Below, one piece after another: positions 1-9,216 of a stretch of 59,642 nt of DNA. The notes beneath the pieces were generated by a model that was given only the letters and a program-made list of their open reading frames with translations, was not told where the DNA came from and searched no databases. A program made the translations under genes and the position numbers. This stretch comes from a virus (Duplodnaviria; Caudoviricetes), in IMG/VR virus record IMGVR_UViG_3300037248_000128, positions 1-59,642 of that record; one strand, given 5' to 3'. The first letter of the stretch is position 1. Each line of letters opens with the position of its first letter.

Positions 1-1896
1 CCTCGGGTCGATCTCCGCAGCCTCTTGCTCTTTCGATAGCAGAAACCGCGCGACCAACCCGTTTAAACTTCGGCTGTGCAAAGTGGAAGTCCCCGCTTCT
101 TCCGCACGCACGCGTTCATAAGTGAGCCCACGCGAAAGCAGCGGCCCCCGCCGCCAGTTCGTCCAAGCCCGGATCGCGAGCGCCGTCGCGATCACCCGGT
201 CGTCGTTTTCGTTGTTCGGCGCCGCGATCTGGTCGCCGTTCTGCTCGACGATCCGCATCTCCTCGAGCAGCGGCTTGGAACGAATCGCTAACTCGCGGGT
301 CGTGTAGGCCCCGCGCATGCCATACATGATCTCCTGCTTCGTGCGCCAGGTGGACTCAAAATTTGCACAATAGCCGCGCCCCATCGTGTCGGGACGGTTG
401 TACAGATACCAGCGGGCCATCTGCATGGCCGACTCCCAATCGCGCGCGCGGACAGCAGCGAAGTTGGCATCGGCTTGGAGCTGCTGCCGCAGAGTATCCC
501 ATTCCATCATGATGACGCGGCCCGCTCCGCCCGTCAGTTCGACGTTGCAAATACAGTCGACGTATGCGCCAGCGAGGTGCGCCAGAACCCACGCCGCGTG
601 CTTCACCTCGACGTTGTTCGCCGCGTACTCCGCGACTTGAACCATCTTGTCGGCGTAGCAGCGCCAGACCGACGCGACGTGGCAGTCCGAGTGCTCGTTC
701 AGACCCCACGCCGGGTCCATGCCGATCACGTACTCGCCGCCGTCGACCGGCTGCTCCCAGATCCGAAGCTCGACGGTCTCGATGTCAAAGTCCTCGTCCG
801 CCGGGTCGCACTTCTCCAGCTTCATGTCGAAGAACGTGCCGTCCAGCCGATACCGCCAGCCCGTGTACGCGAACTCGTTCTCCGCGGTCGCTCCAATGGT
901 CTCGGCGGCTTCCTCGATGGTCTGGAAGTCCTTTTGAATCATGCGGGTCTGGAAGAAGCTCGTCCCGCTCATCACGAACGCGTCTTCGGCTATCCAGGGC
1001 TGGTTCTGCTCCAGCATGCCTTCGGTGTCGGCGGTGACCGTCGCGTCCTTCCAACGACGCCACGCTAGCTGCTCGGGTGTGATTTTGTGGCCGTAGCGCT
1101 CTTGCACGGCGAGGATGCGTTCGCGCTCGGCGCCAGACGCCGGAGCGGTTCCATACTTCAAGTAGTTCGGGTCGCTGCGCGGGATACGGTTTACGTTTGA
1201 CGACCACCAACCCACAAACGCCGAGCGCTTCGAATAGACATCTTGGAACCCGGAGTACCACTTGGTTCGCCAGTGCCCGAACCCCTTGGCGGTCGATTCG
1301 TAGATGTAGAGTCGGTCAGGATTTGCCTGAGAGAACGCTTCCTCGAACGACGCGAGCGCTGCCGGGCTTCCATAGCTAGCGCATTCGGTCAGATGGGCCA
1401 TCGCATAGCCCTCGCCTTCGGCCCACGACGACCCTTTTTCTCGGGTGCCAGCAACTTTAAAATCTATGCGTGACCCATTGGAAAACCTCATGAAATTCCT
1501 GTTGTCACCGCCCTTGACGATACGAAATTCGTCTCCGAAGTAGCCCTGCGGGAACGACTCGATGTAGCGGCGCAAAATCGCCCGGTTCTTGTCACGGTTC
1601 TTCTCGTCCTCAGTGACCAGCGCGGCCGTGAGATTGTCGTGCATCGCCAGCCAAAAAAGGTCGACAGCCAAGCTGACGGTTGTGATCCCGAGTTGCCTAC
1701 TCTTGAGGAAGTAGAAGATGCGCACGCCCTGCTCGAGGCCGGTCGCTAGCTCCTCCAAAAACCGCTTCTGGCTGTCCCAGAGTTCAAGCGGCACCCCGCG
1801 TTCATCCGGACTCGAAATCTCTTTCGAACTGATGCGGAGATCGCGGATGAACTCCTCAAACAGCGGAAGCCACCGCGTCGCGGCCGAGCGCGCCAT
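1..1896 (-). CDS. terL: Terminase large subunit (3' end runs off the window)
   Basis: Absent from the ORF track (no stop in window). Manual translation from ATG at 1896: MARSAATRWLPLFEEFIRDL...FYFLKSRQLGITT (Walker A-like)...AHLTECASY (Walker B)...YIYESTAKG (motif III); both ends of the span are in the same frame down to base 1. Confidence 0.92.
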   Translation of the reverse strand, partial: MARSAATRWLPLFEEFIRDLRISSKEISSPDERGVPLELWDSQKRFLEELATGLEQGVRIFYFLKSRQLGITTVSLAVDLFWLAMHDNLTAALVTEDEKNRDKNRAILRRYIESFPQGYFGDEFRIVKGGDNRNFMRFSNGSRIDFKVAGTREKGSSWAEGEGYAMAHLTECASYGSPAALASFEEAFSQANPDRLYIYESTAKGFGHWRTKWYSGFQDVYSKRSAFVGWWSSNVNRIPRSDPNYLKYGTAPASGAERERILAVQERYGHKITPEQLAWRRWKDATVTADTEGMLEQNQPWIAEDAFVMSGTSFFQTRMIQKDFQTIEEAAETIGATAENEFAYTGWRYRLDGTFFDMKLEKCDPADEDFDIETVELRIWEQPVDGGEYVIGMDPAWGLNEHSDCHVASVWRCYADKMVQVAEYAANNVEVKHAAWVLAHLAGAYVDCICNVELTGGAGRVIMMEWDTLRQQLQADANFAAVRARDWESAMQMARWYLYNRPDTMGRGYCANFESTWRTKQEIMYGMRGAYTTRELAIRSKPLLEEMRIVEQNGDQIAAPNNENDDRVIATALAIRAWTNWRRGPLLSRGLTYERVRAEEAGTSTLHSRSLNGLVARFLLSKEQEAAEIDPR

Positions 1897-2097
1897 CTAG
1901 TGCACCGTCACCTTAACAAACGGCGCCAGCATCTCGGTCCACCGCTGATTGCGCGTCCCCGCCGTAAACGCGACCGCCTCGGCCGGGTCCTCGGTCTCGT
2001 CCCCTTCCGCGTCGTAGAGGTGCAGGATCGGCACGGTGCGGAGGTCATCGCGCACTGCATAGCCTCGCTCGAGATTCACGGCGATGATCCGCGCCAT
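1897..2097 (-). CDS. Hypothetical protein
   Basis: 66-aa ORF whose stop abuts the terL start. Confidence 0.65.
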   Translation of the reverse strand: MARIIAVNLERGYAVRDDLRTVPILHLYDAEGDETEDPAEAVAFTAGTRNQRWTEMLAPFVKVTVH

Positions 2098-2106
2098 CGC
2101 TTAGGG

Positions 2107-2388
2107 TTACAGCAAATCGGGCGTGGTGTCGTCTTTGGCTGGACTCGTCTTCAGTCCCTTCTTCAGGACGTGCTCGCGCCACGTTATCAGCCACCCGCTC
2201 GCCGCCCACATTGTCAGACCGATAGGCAGGAGCGCCGCAAGTGGTTGCGGGCCGCAACTACCGAAGCCGTGTAGGGCCACCGCTATCATCGTCGCGCCGC
2301 CGCTCAACACGGACAAAGCGATACCCGAAACGCCCATGACCACGAGCGCCTTGAGAAGCGGGTCCATCGGCGCGTCTTCGTCGCTCAC
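2107..2388 (-). CDS. Small membrane protein
   Basis: GTG start overlapping upstream TGA; two hydrophobic segments. Confidence 0.6.
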   Translation of the reverse strand: MSDEDAPMDPLLKALVVMGVSGIALSVLSGGATMIAVALHGFGSCGPQPLAALLPIGLTMWAASGWLITWREHVLKKGLKTSPAKDDTTPDLL

Positions 2389-2567
2389 AGCAATTCGCCC
2401 GCGATGTCGTCTTTGGTCAGGTTGGGGTTCTCGGCGCGGTAGCGGCGGCGGGAGTCCTCGTAGGCGCGGTTGAGCACGAGGGCTTCGGCCTGCGTCAGCG
2501 GCGCCGGTTCTGGCAGCGGTTGCTGGCAGTTGGGGCAGCGGCAGGGCGGGAAGGGGGTGTAGGTCAC
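2385..2567 (-). CDS. Hypothetical protein with CxCxxC
   Basis: Start/stop overlap with both neighbours. Confidence 0.55.
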   Translation of the reverse strand: MTYTPFPPCRCPNCQQPLPEPAPLTQAEALVLNRAYEDSRRRYRAENPNLTKDDIAGELL

Positions 2568-2770
2568 AGCCGCCGCCAGCGGTCGGGCGACCAGCGCTCA
2601 AACCCACGTTCGATGCTGCCTCGAAGCCACGCTGCATCTTCCTGCGACCAGTACATCTTAGCCGTCTGATAGCGCATCTTGCCGGTCCAGTGGTCTGCCC
2701 AGCGGCGCTGACCCATGACCCACATGCCGGACTTGGGCGCGGTTTCCATCGACTCCCACAGATATTTCAC
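2564..2770 (-). CDS. Hypothetical protein (DUF551-like WxxMETAPK)
   Basis: WESMETAPKSG...WRRL pattern common in small phage proteins. Confidence 0.6.
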   Translation of the reverse strand: MKYLWESMETAPKSGMWVMGQRRWADHWTGKMRYQTAKMYWSQEDAAWLRGSIERGFERWSPDRWRRL

Positions 2771-3318
2771 AGCCCGTAATACTCCCGCGTCCCCTCGACT
2801 GGCGGCTCGATCGGCAGCTCGTCTTCGATGTCCTCGATCGTCGGCTCTGGCGGTTCGGCCTGCGCTTCGTCTTCGGGGACGAGTCTGTGAGTCACGACGC
2901 GGCCGGCGCAGTGGGAGGTGTGCTTGATGGCGAGGGCAACAGTTTCAGCGGCGGAGCAGCCGGCGAGCAGGCAGGCGTAGGCGAACTCGTGGCAGGAACC
3001 CTCGACAGCGAACGGCGCGTCCGATCTTTCGCGTTCGTACTTGTTTCGGATCAGGAAAATCTCGCCCGCCGGATTGACGAGCACGGCGCCGAACTCGTCC
3101 TTCTTCTCGCATGGCTCGGGCTTTTTGTCGGGCGGGAAGCCCGCCAGGGCCCATTCCTTGTAAGCTTGGATGTAAACGACATCGCCTGCGCAGCCTAGGA
3201 GCGATCCGTCTGGAAGGCGGATCACCTTGTCCGTTGTCTCGTGGACCATGACGTAATCAGTCGCCCAGACGCCTGTGTCGCAGCACATCTCGCCCGCGCG
3301 CCAAACGATAATCGTCAA
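2767..3318 (-). CDS. Ntn-hydrolase / proteasome beta-subunit-like protein
   Basis: TTG start giving N-terminal Thr (M-TIIVW...CDT...KVIRLPDGSLLGCAG...EGS); HslV/beta-subunit-like pattern. Confidence 0.65.
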   Translation of the reverse strand: MTIIVWRAGEMCCDTGVWATDYVMVHETTDKVIRLPDGSLLGCAGDVVYIQAYKEWALAGFPPDKKPEPCEKKDEFGAVLVNPAGEIFLIRNKYERERSDAPFAVEGSCHEFAYACLLAGCSAAETVALAIKHTSHCAGRVVTHRLVPEDEAQAEPPEPTIEDIEDELPIEPPVEGTREYYGL

Positions 3319-3482
3319 GGCTCCACCTCCAGCACCGGCAGCAATATCTGCCGAATCACCTCTGCCTCGGAGATCCCGAGTCGCGCCGCCCGCCGCTTCA
3401 GCGCCTCCGCAGCCGCGCGCTCGACCGTCGCCTTGATCTCGGCGTCCTTGCGGTCGTCCTTGCGGGAGCCGCGGGGCGGCAT
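3315..3482 (-). CDS. Ribbon-helix-helix (CopG-like) DNA-binding protein, 55 aa
   Basis: Manual ORF MPPRGSRKDDRKDAEIKATVERAAAEALKRRAARLGISEAEVIRQILL; fills the gap between neighbours exactly. Confidence 0.65.
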   Translation of the reverse strand: MPPRGSRKDDRKDAEIKATVERAAAEALKRRAARLGISEAEVIRQILLPVLEVEP

Positions 3483-3860
3483 TCAGAACGCGAGTCCCAT
3501 CCCGAACAGCCGACCGATTGGACTCCAGCAGATTTTGCCGGTGCGCTGGTAGTAGCGGAGCATCTTCACCGCCCGCGCCGCCATCTCCTTGCCTTGCCCC
3601 GACCAGTTGAGTATCGGCCATTCGAGGTACGCGCGTCGGCTTTGTCTGCGCGACATGCCCAAGCGGGCGCCGATTTCGGTTTCTGAGTAGCGCCACCATT
3701 CCATGCCCAGCGTGCGGGCCGCCATGCCCATGACGCACACCGATGGATTGTGCATATCGAAGTGGTCGCCGTGGCGCTCGATGAACGCGATCACCTTCGG
3801 CACATTGTCCACGCGGCCGATTTCCCGCGTGTAGACGACTTCAGCCCCATCAAACGGCAT
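3483..3860 (-). CDS. Hypothetical protein
   Basis: 125-aa ORF with GGAGAG RBS. Confidence 0.65.
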   Translation of the reverse strand: MPFDGAEVVYTREIGRVDNVPKVIAFIERHGDHFDMHNPSVCVMGMAARTLGMEWWRYSETEIGARLGMSRRQSRRAYLEWPILNWSGQGKEMAARAVKMLRYYQRTGKICWSPIGRLFGMGLAF

Positions 3861-3869
3861 GTCTCTCTC

Positions 3870-4103
3870 CTATGAGAAAAGGTCTTTCAGGTTCGCGGCG
3901 TAGAACCGGCCTGCCGATGGCGCGTCTTTGAAGGCGTCCCAGAGTTCGGGCGTCATCTGGCTGGTCGAGTAGGTGCGGCCGTCGCGCAGGAAGGTCACCG
4001 TCGCCTCCCCCGTTTCAGAATTGAAACTGGCCGACGCGACGTTCGAACTGTCAAAGACGTGCAGCTCGACCTTGGAGTCGTCGCCTGAGTCGCTGTAGGT
4101 CAA
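3870..4103 (-). CDS. KTSC domain protein
   Basis: SSNVASASFN...VTFLRDGRTY...FKDAPSAGRFY matches KTSC pattern. Confidence 0.8.
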   Translation of the reverse strand: MTYSDSGDDSKVELHVFDSSNVASASFNSETGEATVTFLRDGRTYSTSQMTPELWDAFKDAPSAGRFYAANLKDLFS

Positions 4104-4333
4104 TGCACGTCCTTTCTCAGGGTCCATTCGCCGCAATAGCCCTCTTCGCTCGACATGAGCGGAAAAAAGGACATCTGGCGGGTTGAGGTTTGCGGCTGCA
4201 GCCCGTCGCGGCCGGGGACCATTTTCACGTCGCTCACGACCACCGGAGTCGGCGGAAATCTGCGGCAGATGCCCTCAGTTGGCGGGTCCTCGCTTTGGAG
4301 GAAGAACTTACAGTTGGAACACTGCTCCTTCAT
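4100..4333 (-). CDS. Small Cys-rich protein
   Basis: CSNCKFF...GICRRFPP...CGEW. Confidence 0.7.
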   Translation of the reverse strand: MKEQCSNCKFFLQSEDPPTEGICRRFPPTPVVVSDVKMVPGRDGLQPQTSTRQMSFFPLMSSEEGYCGEWTLRKDVH

Positions 4334-4953
4334 GGCCGCCCCGCTAGGCCGCAGTAGCCGTGGCGCCCACTGTTTGGGCGCGGCCCTTCGTTCAGTCGGG
4401 CATACTCCCCGTGAACATCCCTAGCCGCTGCATCGTAGGCCGCCGCTGCAGAGTCTTCGTCCGCGAAGGTCCCTAAGTGAAGGTGAACCCCCGACTTGGC
4501 TATTTGGGCCGCCCACTTACCGCTTTTGGTCATGAAAACTCCGCGATGCCTAGACCGACCTCCACGCGCCGCTGAGTTAGCTGCGTTTTGGGCGGGCGTG
4601 ACGAGTCGTAGGTTTCCGCGACGATTGTTTAGGGTGTCGCCGTCCCGGTGATCCACAAACATGCTCTTCGGGATCACGCCCCAGATGCGGCTAGCGATTT
4701 CGCGGTGCAGGTATCCCGCATCATTTTTCGCGTAGCGGCCAGACCACCAATATCCCCACCCGGCCACGTCACTATCGATCCTGTCGATGACTACCGACCG
4801 GTCGCCGCTTATCAGAAACCGCCAATCAGGCTGCCAGCGGAACGCCATGCAGGCCGACCCGATGCAAAACCCATCTGCATCGTGCGTGCCGCCGCGATAG
4901 CCCTCAACGGGACACGCCTTGGCTTTCGCTTCATCTTCGGTCATCGGGTCCAC
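4330..4953 (-). CDS. HNH endonuclease with AP2 domain, inside a small Cys-rich protein
   Basis: VDHRDGDTLNNRRGNLR (HNH_3); RGV..KWAAQI..HLGTF..AAAAYDAAA..HGEYARLN (AP2). Confidence 0.85.
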   Translation of the reverse strand: MDPMTEDEAKAKACPVEGYRGGTHDADGFCIGSACMAFRWQPDWRFLISGDRSVVIDRIDSDVAGWGYWWSGRYAKNDAGYLHREIASRIWGVIPKSMFVDHRDGDTLNNRRGNLRLVTPAQNAANSAARGGRSRHRGVFMTKSGKWAAQIAKSGVHLHLGTFADEDSAAAAYDAAARDVHGEYARLNEGPRPNSGRHGYCGLAGRP

Positions 4954-4995
4954 CTCTCGCCCATTCTTGGGCTAAATATGCGTCTGTCGCAAGGG

Positions 4996-5430
4996 CTAGA
5001 ACTCGCCGTCCGCGACCTGAAAGCAGGCGATCCCCTCGCGCCGCCACATATCCACGACCTGCTTGCGATCATCGAAGATCACGTCCGGGCGGGCATCGCA
5101 CGCCGTCAGAAACTCGCGCTTGATCACATGGTCGGGCCGATGGTCGCCGGCCTTGCGCATCCGCGTTAGGTAGGCGGGGGGAATCTTGGCGCGGCGCCAC
5201 AGCCAGCGCTCAGTCTCTTTGCGCACCGCATCGGAACGGCCAGACCAAATCTCGACCCTATGATCACCGTCCGTGAGGTTGAGCAAAAGATCGATGGCTG
5301 GCCGGATCAGTCCGTCCATACCGCACGCCGCGAAGAACCCGTCCCAGTCCTTCGTCTCGCCCTGGATGAAGTGCAAGCGGTGCGTCAGGTCGGCTAGCGT
5401 GCCGTCCAAGTCGAACACGTAGAACGCCAT
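4996..5430 (-). CDS. HAD-superfamily phosphatase (PNK 3'-phosphatase-like)
   Basis: FDLDGTLAD, SGR, IFDDRKQVVDMWR motifs. Confidence 0.85.
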   Translation of the reverse strand: MAFYVFDLDGTLADLTHRLHFIQGETKDWDGFFAACGMDGLIRPAIDLLLNLTDGDHRVEIWSGRSDAVRKETERWLWRRAKIPPAYLTRMRKAGDHRPDHVIKREFLTACDARPDVIFDDRKQVVDMWRREGIACFQVADGEF

Positions 5431-5431
5431 G

Positions 5432-6055
5432 CTAAGCTCCTAGCCTCTGGAAGCCCCAAACCTCGCCGACAGTCGGCTCCGGCTCGTCCCACTCGAACTT
5501 GTGCTCTTTCAGGAGCGAGATGGCGGCCTTGTGGATCGCCTCGCCGCGTTCCTCCGCTGAGATGGCGGCTTGGATTTGCGCGGCCTGAGCCTCGAACATC
5601 GGGCGCAGGCGATTCGGGTTTTTGCCTTTCGGCTTGAAGCGGGCCGCGATGCCCTTCACGCGCTTGAAGTCGGTCTTGAAGCCCTTCTGCTTCTCGACGT
5701 TCTGGCGGATGCGCTCGTTCAGGATGCGGACAGCATCGGCGATCAGGTCGACGGTCTCAGTCTTGCGACCACGGGCTTCGGCTTGCTGGGCGGCTTCGGT
5801 CAGAGCGCCGAACGCCGCGCTCTGGGCGCCGGACGCCAGCGTGTCGGGCTCGAGGTTGTAGACCATGCCCGTCTCGTCATAGCGCGCGCGGCGGCGGTCG
5901 CTCGAAAGCACCTCGCTCGCCAGGCACAGCAGCGCGAACGCCTCGGCGGACCCGCCAGCGTCAGGATGGAGCGTTTTTGCCTTTGCTCGGTACGCCTTGC
6001 GAATCGTCGCCTTGTCGGCGTCGCGCTTGATGCCGAGCACGTCGTAGAGGTTCAT
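5432..6055 (-). CDS. DnaJ (J-domain) protein
   Basis: LYDVLGI...IRKAYR...HPD...RRARYD. Confidence 0.9.
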   Translation of the reverse strand: MNLYDVLGIKRDADKATIRKAYRAKAKTLHPDAGGSAEAFALLCLASEVLSSDRRRARYDETGMVYNLEPDTLASGAQSAAFGALTEAAQQAEARGRKTETVDLIADAVRILNERIRQNVEKQKGFKTDFKRVKGIAARFKPKGKNPNRLRPMFEAQAAQIQAAISAEERGEAIHKAAISLLKEHKFEWDEPEPTVGEVWGFQRLGA

Positions 6056-6106
6056 GAGTCCACCTTCGCGCCATTTCTGGCCCAAAAATGAGCGGCGGGC
6101 AAGCGG

Positions 6107-6745
6107 TTAGGCGACGGGCTCGGTCTTGATGATGTGCGCGGGGTTGCCGACCACCGTGCAGCCGGGCGGAACGTCCTTCAGCACGACCGCGCCAGCGCCG
6201 ATTGTCGCCCACGCGCCGATCTTAACGTCCGGCAGGATCGTCGCCGCGGCGCCGACGTAGACGCCGTAGCCGAGCGTGACGCGCCCGCAGATCGTGGCGC
6301 GCGGCCCCACGAAGCAGCACTTGCGCACCCGCGTTTCGTGACTCAGCAGCGCGCCGGAGTGAATCGTCGTCCAGTCCCCGACTTCGCAGCCGGCTTGGAT
6401 GCGCACGTCTTCTTGGATGTAGCGTCCGCCGTTCGCCCGCTCACGCGCGGCGCCGGGCCAGATCAGATCGATCAGATAGCCGCCGAGGTCAGTGACTCGT
6501 TTCGAGGTTTCCCAGCGCGCGCGGGTCGAACCGGAAATCTCGTTCGCGAAGACGTAGCCGTCTCGGATCAGCGGCGGCACCGCGTCCCAATCGAAAACGT
6601 CGGGGCCTTGCTTCGCCGGATTGCCGTCGATCGCGCAGTTGAACGCGTACCGCGGCTCGCCGACCAGCCTGTCCGCTTCCTCGATGGCGTCGATGATCGT
6701 CCGCGTATGCGGGTTGTTAGCCCCGAGCACGCAGACCTTGATCAC
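6107..6745 (-). CDS. Hexapeptide-repeat sugar acetyltransferase (NeuD/PglD-like)
   Basis: Left-handed beta-helix repeats, IGAGAVVLKDVPPGCTVVGNPA. Confidence 0.85.
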   Translation of the reverse strand: MIKVCVLGANNPHTRTIIDAIEEADRLVGEPRYAFNCAIDGNPAKQGPDVFDWDAVPPLIRDGYVFANEISGSTRARWETSKRVTDLGGYLIDLIWPGAARERANGGRYIQEDVRIQAGCEVGDWTTIHSGALLSHETRVRKCCFVGPRATICGRVTLGYGVYVGAAATILPDVKIGAWATIGAGAVVLKDVPPGCTVVGNPAHIIKTEPVA

Positions 6746-6866
6746 GACGCCTCAGGCTTCGCTTTCTCAGCGCGCGACTGTCGGTTCAGCCAGCGCTGAA
6801 GGTTCTTCACGCTGTTGATCGGCTCCTTGCGATCCGAGTTGCCGTGTTTCGGCTTCTGGAACGTCC

Positions 6867-7139
6867 TCACGACGCAGCGATCTGCGCCGCCAAAGTCGCG
6901 TTGGCCGCCTGGAGCTTGGCCTGAAGCGCGGTGATAGCCGCCAGGTTTCCGCCCTGGATGATCGCCGCGTCGCCGCCAATCTGCGTGACGATCGTGTCGA
7001 CGGTCGAGGCGATCTGGCCGACGGCCGTTCCGATGGCGCCGGCTGCTGGGCCGCCGAGCGAGGCGAGCGGGGCGAACTCGCTGATCAGCGCGAGAGCTTG
7101 TTCGGCGGCGGATTCGATTTGGGCGAGAGTGATGGCCAT
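6867..7139 (-). CDS. Ala-rich lysis-cluster protein
   Basis: 90 aa, RBS, downstream of a lipoprotein. Confidence 0.6.
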   Translation of the reverse strand: MAITLAQIESAAEQALALISEFAPLASLGGPAAGAIGTAVGQIASTVDTIVTQIGGDAAIIQGGNLAAITALQAKLQAANATLAAQIAAS

Positions 7140-7148
7140 GAGCGTTCC

Positions 7149-7466
7149 TTACTTGAGGTCGGCGGCGATCTGGGCGGCAAGCGCCGTCACGGCCGTAAGC
7201 TGAGCGGAGACGGTCGCTGAGTCGCCTTTCGCGGCGGCGGCGTCGGCGAGCTGCACGGCGGCGTACGCCTTCACGAGCAACGGCTTGACCGTCGCCTTGG
7301 TGGCCGCCGACATGGTGGGCAGCGCCGCGAGGTAGGCTTGCGCGGCGCCGTTGTAAGCGACATCCACGGAGGTATCGCCCTCGGCAATCGCCAGCGTTGT
7401 CGATGTGCCGGATGCGCACGCGGCGAGACTCAGCGCCGCGGCGCCGATCAGGAAAAGTCGTTTCAC
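7149..7466 (-). CDS. Lipoprotein (possible spanin component)
   Basis: MKRLFLIGAAALSLAAC lipobox; follows the endolysin. Confidence 0.75.
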   Translation of the reverse strand: MKRLFLIGAAALSLAACASGTSTTLAIAEGDTSVDVAYNGAAQAYLAALPTMSAATKATVKPLLVKAYAAVQLADAAAAKGDSATVSAQLTAVTALAAQIAADLK

Positions 7467-8638
7467 GTCGTCGTTCCTCCGATTTGGCTGAGACGATTTG
7501 TCGCAAGCGCGGCCAACTGAGCCGGGGTGATGCCGGATGCGGCGATGCGACCCGGCACGGTGCTGTTCGCGTAGGAGAGCACGCTCGCAACGTAAGCGTT
7601 GTGCACGTCAGCGGTCGCGTGCGCGTCGGCGTACGTGACGCCTTGGGCTGCCAGCGCGTTCACGCCGTTCTCGATCGCCTTCACGACGATCTGCCCAGCC
7701 GCCGACTGCGTTTGTACGTGGAAGTACTGCATCGCGCGGCCTGCGAGCCAGATCGCGAGCGGCAGGACGATCCCAGTAATAATGTAAGGCGCGAGCGCGT
7801 TGATCAGCGCGGTGAAGTCGATCACATGCGTCGTGGCGCCCGTCGCTCCGGCTCCCGCGGCGGCAGCGGCCGTGGCGGCGGCGGCGATGAGCGGGCCGTG
7901 CGTCTGGATGATCGGCTGCTTCGGGGGAGAAGGCGGAACAGTCGACAGTGGCGGGTCCGGTAGGTTGGGGATGTGGACGGGTGTGGGGGTCGGTGTCGCC
8001 GGCGCCTGCACTGGCTGCGGGACTGGCTGACCGGCCGCGGCGGCCGGATCGGCTACGGTCGAGACATCGAGGTCGACGTTGAGCGTCTGGCCCGCCGCAG
8101 TGATGTTCACGCTCTGCGCGTATTGAACGATCGGCGCGATGAGCGATTGCTCGCCCCCGGAGCGGAGGTCCCAGCACCAGACGTTCGCGGCGCCGAAGAT
8201 CGCGGCCATCGCCGCTTGGTTTTCATGGCTGCAATAGACCATCGCGCGGAAGCCGCCCGCCTTCACGCCGCCGCACCACGCAGTCAGGTGGTCGGTCTGA
8301 TTCTGCGGAACCGGCGCTCCGTTCTCGGTGTCGAACGCCACCCCGAAACCGACTGGGTAGCCTTTGGCTTGGAGTTCGTTGACGCAGGAAGTCGCCTCGG
8401 CCGCGCCAGCCGGTCCGCTGACGAGGTAACTGCCGGGCCCTGTTATCTGACCGCCGACCCAAATCGGGATGACGTTCAGGCCGGATGCGGTGATTTCGGC
8501 GAATGTCGGCCAACTCGCGTTCGAGTGACTCGGGGCCTCGAGATAAGAGGCTGTCCAAGAGAAGCCCTGCGCTTTCAGATCGGCGAGCGCTGCTGCGCCT
8601 GGGTAGATGTCTGTGTCGATTCCGCGGAAGGGCATCAA
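7463..8638 (-). CDS. Endolysin (DUF1906/GH25-like glycoside hydrolase) with C-terminal membrane domain
   Basis: GIDT..YPG, VAFDTE, MVYCS, IVQYA, NVDLD; Pro-rich linker; hydrophobic C-terminal domain. Confidence 0.75.
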   Translation of the reverse strand: MMPFRGIDTDIYPGAAALADLKAQGFSWTASYLEAPSHSNASWPTFAEITASGLNVIPIWVGGQITGPGSYLVSGPAGAAEATSCVNELQAKGYPVGFGVAFDTENGAPVPQNQTDHLTAWCGGVKAGGFRAMVYCSHENQAAMAAIFGAANVWCWDLRSGGEQSLIAPIVQYAQSVNITAAGQTLNVDLDVSTVADPAAAAGQPVPQPVQAPATPTPTPVHIPNLPDPPLSTVPPSPPKQPIIQTHGPLIAAAATAAAAAGAGATGATTHVIDFTALINALAPYIITGIVLPLAIWLAGRAMQYFHVQTQSAAGQIVVKAIENGVNALAAQGVTYADAHATADVHNAYVASVLSYANSTVPGRIAASGITPAQLAALATNRLSQIGGTTT

Positions 8639-8832
8639 GGCTCCAGGTTGCGCCGTCAGAGCTTCGAGGGGTGTACAGGGTTGGGATTCTTAGGCCCCGA
8701 CGGCGCAAGCGGATGCTTAGGCCAAAAATGCGCGGCGTCAATCCGCTGTCTGGCAAAGGCGGGGCAGATATGTTGACCTTGCGGGACAGCAACCGCCCTG
8801 ACTTTCGAGGCGGAAGCCGAGATCGGGATCGT

Positions 8833-9216
8833 CTAAGCCAGCGCCGCCGCGACCGCCTGGCGGCCAGCTTCGGTCAACCGGTAGCCGCACATATGCCAGC
8901 CGTCGCCTTGGCGCTCGATGGCATCTTGGCCGAGTCGGCGCTTGAGCCTCGAGATGTAGACCGCGACGTTATTGGTGTGAGTGCTGCGGTCCTGCGTGCC
9001 CCACTTCGGCGGCATCTCCTCGTCAACTTTCCACTTCGGGATGAAGCGCTGGCAGCGGTTCAGCAGCAAGAGCACGCGCGCTTCGTTGGGCGAGATTTTC
9101 AGCCGACAGCGCAGCGTGTGAATCTGATCGTCCAGCGTTGAACCGTAGAGAATCGTTCGAAGTTCAACGATCTCCGCTTCAAGCTCGGCGCGCGTCATCT
9201 TCGCTGGCGGCTTCAT
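8833..9216 (-). CDS. Stand-alone OmpR/CtrA-type winged-helix DNA-binding protein
   Basis: EARVLLLL...NVAVYISRLKRRLG...IE...GYRL (Trans_reg_C pattern); no receiver domain. Confidence 0.7.
   Translation of the reverse strand: MKPPAKMTRAELEAEIVELRTILYGSTLDDQIHTLRCRLKISPNEARVLLLLNRCQRFIPKWKVDEEMPPKWGTQDRSTHTNNVAVYISRLKRRLGQDAIERQGDGWHMCGYRLTEAGRQAVAAALA

Noticed and set aside
76-1900. Short ORFs listed over the terminase region
   Set aside because: Shadows of the long minus-strand terL frame
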